NCBI RefSeq assembly: GCF_009914755.1 | Contig: NC_060931.1 | DNA length: 64,000 bases | Strand: one strand, 5' to 3' | From: the human T2T-CHM13v2.0 reference genome, Homo sapiens | Shown here: piece by piece, positions 62,750-64,000 of the stretch | Layout: each line of letters starts with the position of its first letter | How positions within the stretch are numbered: the stretch's first letter is position 1 | Position numbers and translations under genes: made by a program | Notes under the pieces: model-generated | The model's database searches: none | What the model was told of the DNA's origin: nothing | What the model saw: only the letters and a program-made list of their open reading frames with translations

Positions 62750-63689
62750 GTCTAAATTATATGAGTCTATGAAGTTTTAGACTGGTAATTCCCAACTGAA
62801 ACTTTTGCAAGATCAAAAAGAAAAGCAATTATGTTTGAGTTGAACTATTTAGTGTATCCTTATTAGGAGTCTATGCCAGGCTCTATATATGGCACTAAGG
62901 ATAGAGAGGTAAGTGAACCATAGCTTTACCTTATGAGAACTGACAACAGAGTTGTACAGATGCCAATTGCAATGAAGATTTTAAGTATGTTCATTCTTTT
63001 TGAATCTATGACCTTTTGCCAGCCTCTGTTAGAAACAGGCATTTAAATTTTTGTAGGCAACCTTAATTATTGAAACACCATTTTTAACTATAGCTATATT
63101 TAGTTCGTGTGCTTCTACTGCTAGAATATTTATTTTTTTCAAAAATTCTACTTTAACACTTATTCAAAGTTTGTAGAAGCGAAAACTGAAAGAGCCTCTA
63201 ATGATCACTTAATCCACTTTCTCAGAGTGTGGTATGTGTGTACCACTGGTCATAAACAGGATGCTTTGTAGATAAAACACAATCAAGCCTTTTTAATAGT
63301 TATATATTTCAGTGTAGGTTAAAAATATATTTAGCATAGCATACCATGATTCATGGACCTTATGAAGAGATTAAAGTCAATTTTCAGATTTTAAAAATGA
63401 GTCAGTTTAAAGAAAAATATTAATGGCATAGGTGTTACATGACTGAAGTTTGGGAAATACTAATCTAAACCAGCTCCTACATTGTGTAGATGAGAAAACA
63501 AAGGGGTTCCCCACACACAGTGACTTTTCTGAGGCATATAACTAATATACGGCAGAGCTAGGACTAGAACTCAGGTTCGTTCAGTACATTCCAGTGTTTA
63601 TTCTGCCATACAAGGCTGATGCTTATTACTAAAGTTGAAGAAACCGCTGTCTTAGTATGACATTGTACTTTAAATCTCCATTGTTCATT

Positions 63690-63860
63690 ACGATGACCAC
63701 ATATGGTTATTTATATTAAAATTTGTTAAAATTAAGGTTTAAAATTTGAATTAGTCACATTTCTAGTGCTCAGTAGCTACATGTGGCTAGTGGCTACCAT
63801 ATTGGACAGCATGAACATGAAACATTTCTGTCATTGCAGAAAGTTTTATTGGGCAGTGCT
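63690..63860. mobile_element. MER3/MER33-like fragment
   Basis: gtgctcagtagctacatgtggctagtggctaccatattggacagc. Confidence 0.7.
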
Positions 63861-64000
63861 GCTTTAAACTATTGCTTAGGAATATGATTCATAAGTTTTC
63901 CCCCCTTCAAAGGGATAATACTTATTAATTTGCTTACCACACTGAAGTTGTTATAACTCTGAAGTTAAGCTGAAGGTACTAGTAACAGTGCAATTAAGAT

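Overview
Human (or very close hominid) genomic DNA: repeat-rich, AT-rich, with one CpG island near 58.5-59.2 kb. It matches the chr7p21 head-to-head COL28A1/MIOS locus. On the minus strand are the first 10 exons of COL28A1 (collagen XXVIII alpha 1), which I assembled by hand from GT-AG boundaries. They encode a signal peptide, the VWA1 domain with a MIDAS motif, a Cys-rich linker and the start of the Gly-X-Y helix; the gene continues beyond position 1. On the plus strand are the CpG-island promoter and three non-coding 5'UTR exons of MIOS (GATOR2 subunit), identified from splice sites, synteny and recalled mRNA sequence; its CDS lies beyond the window. The ~30 kb between them holds a young 5'-truncated L1 with an open ORF2 remnant, an older near-full-length L1PA missing most of ORF1, and many Alu, LTR and DNA-transposon copies. 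I found no new protein-coding system. The best leads are regulatory or mutational: four uORFs in the MIOS leader, a MIOS splice acceptor inside a DNA-transposon terminal repeat, a COL28A1 uORF whose stop overlaps the main start (TAATG), a 49-bp inverted micro-triplication, and a TSD-less, possibly chimeric L1. Repeat subfamily names and boundaries come from recalled consensus sequences and are approximate.
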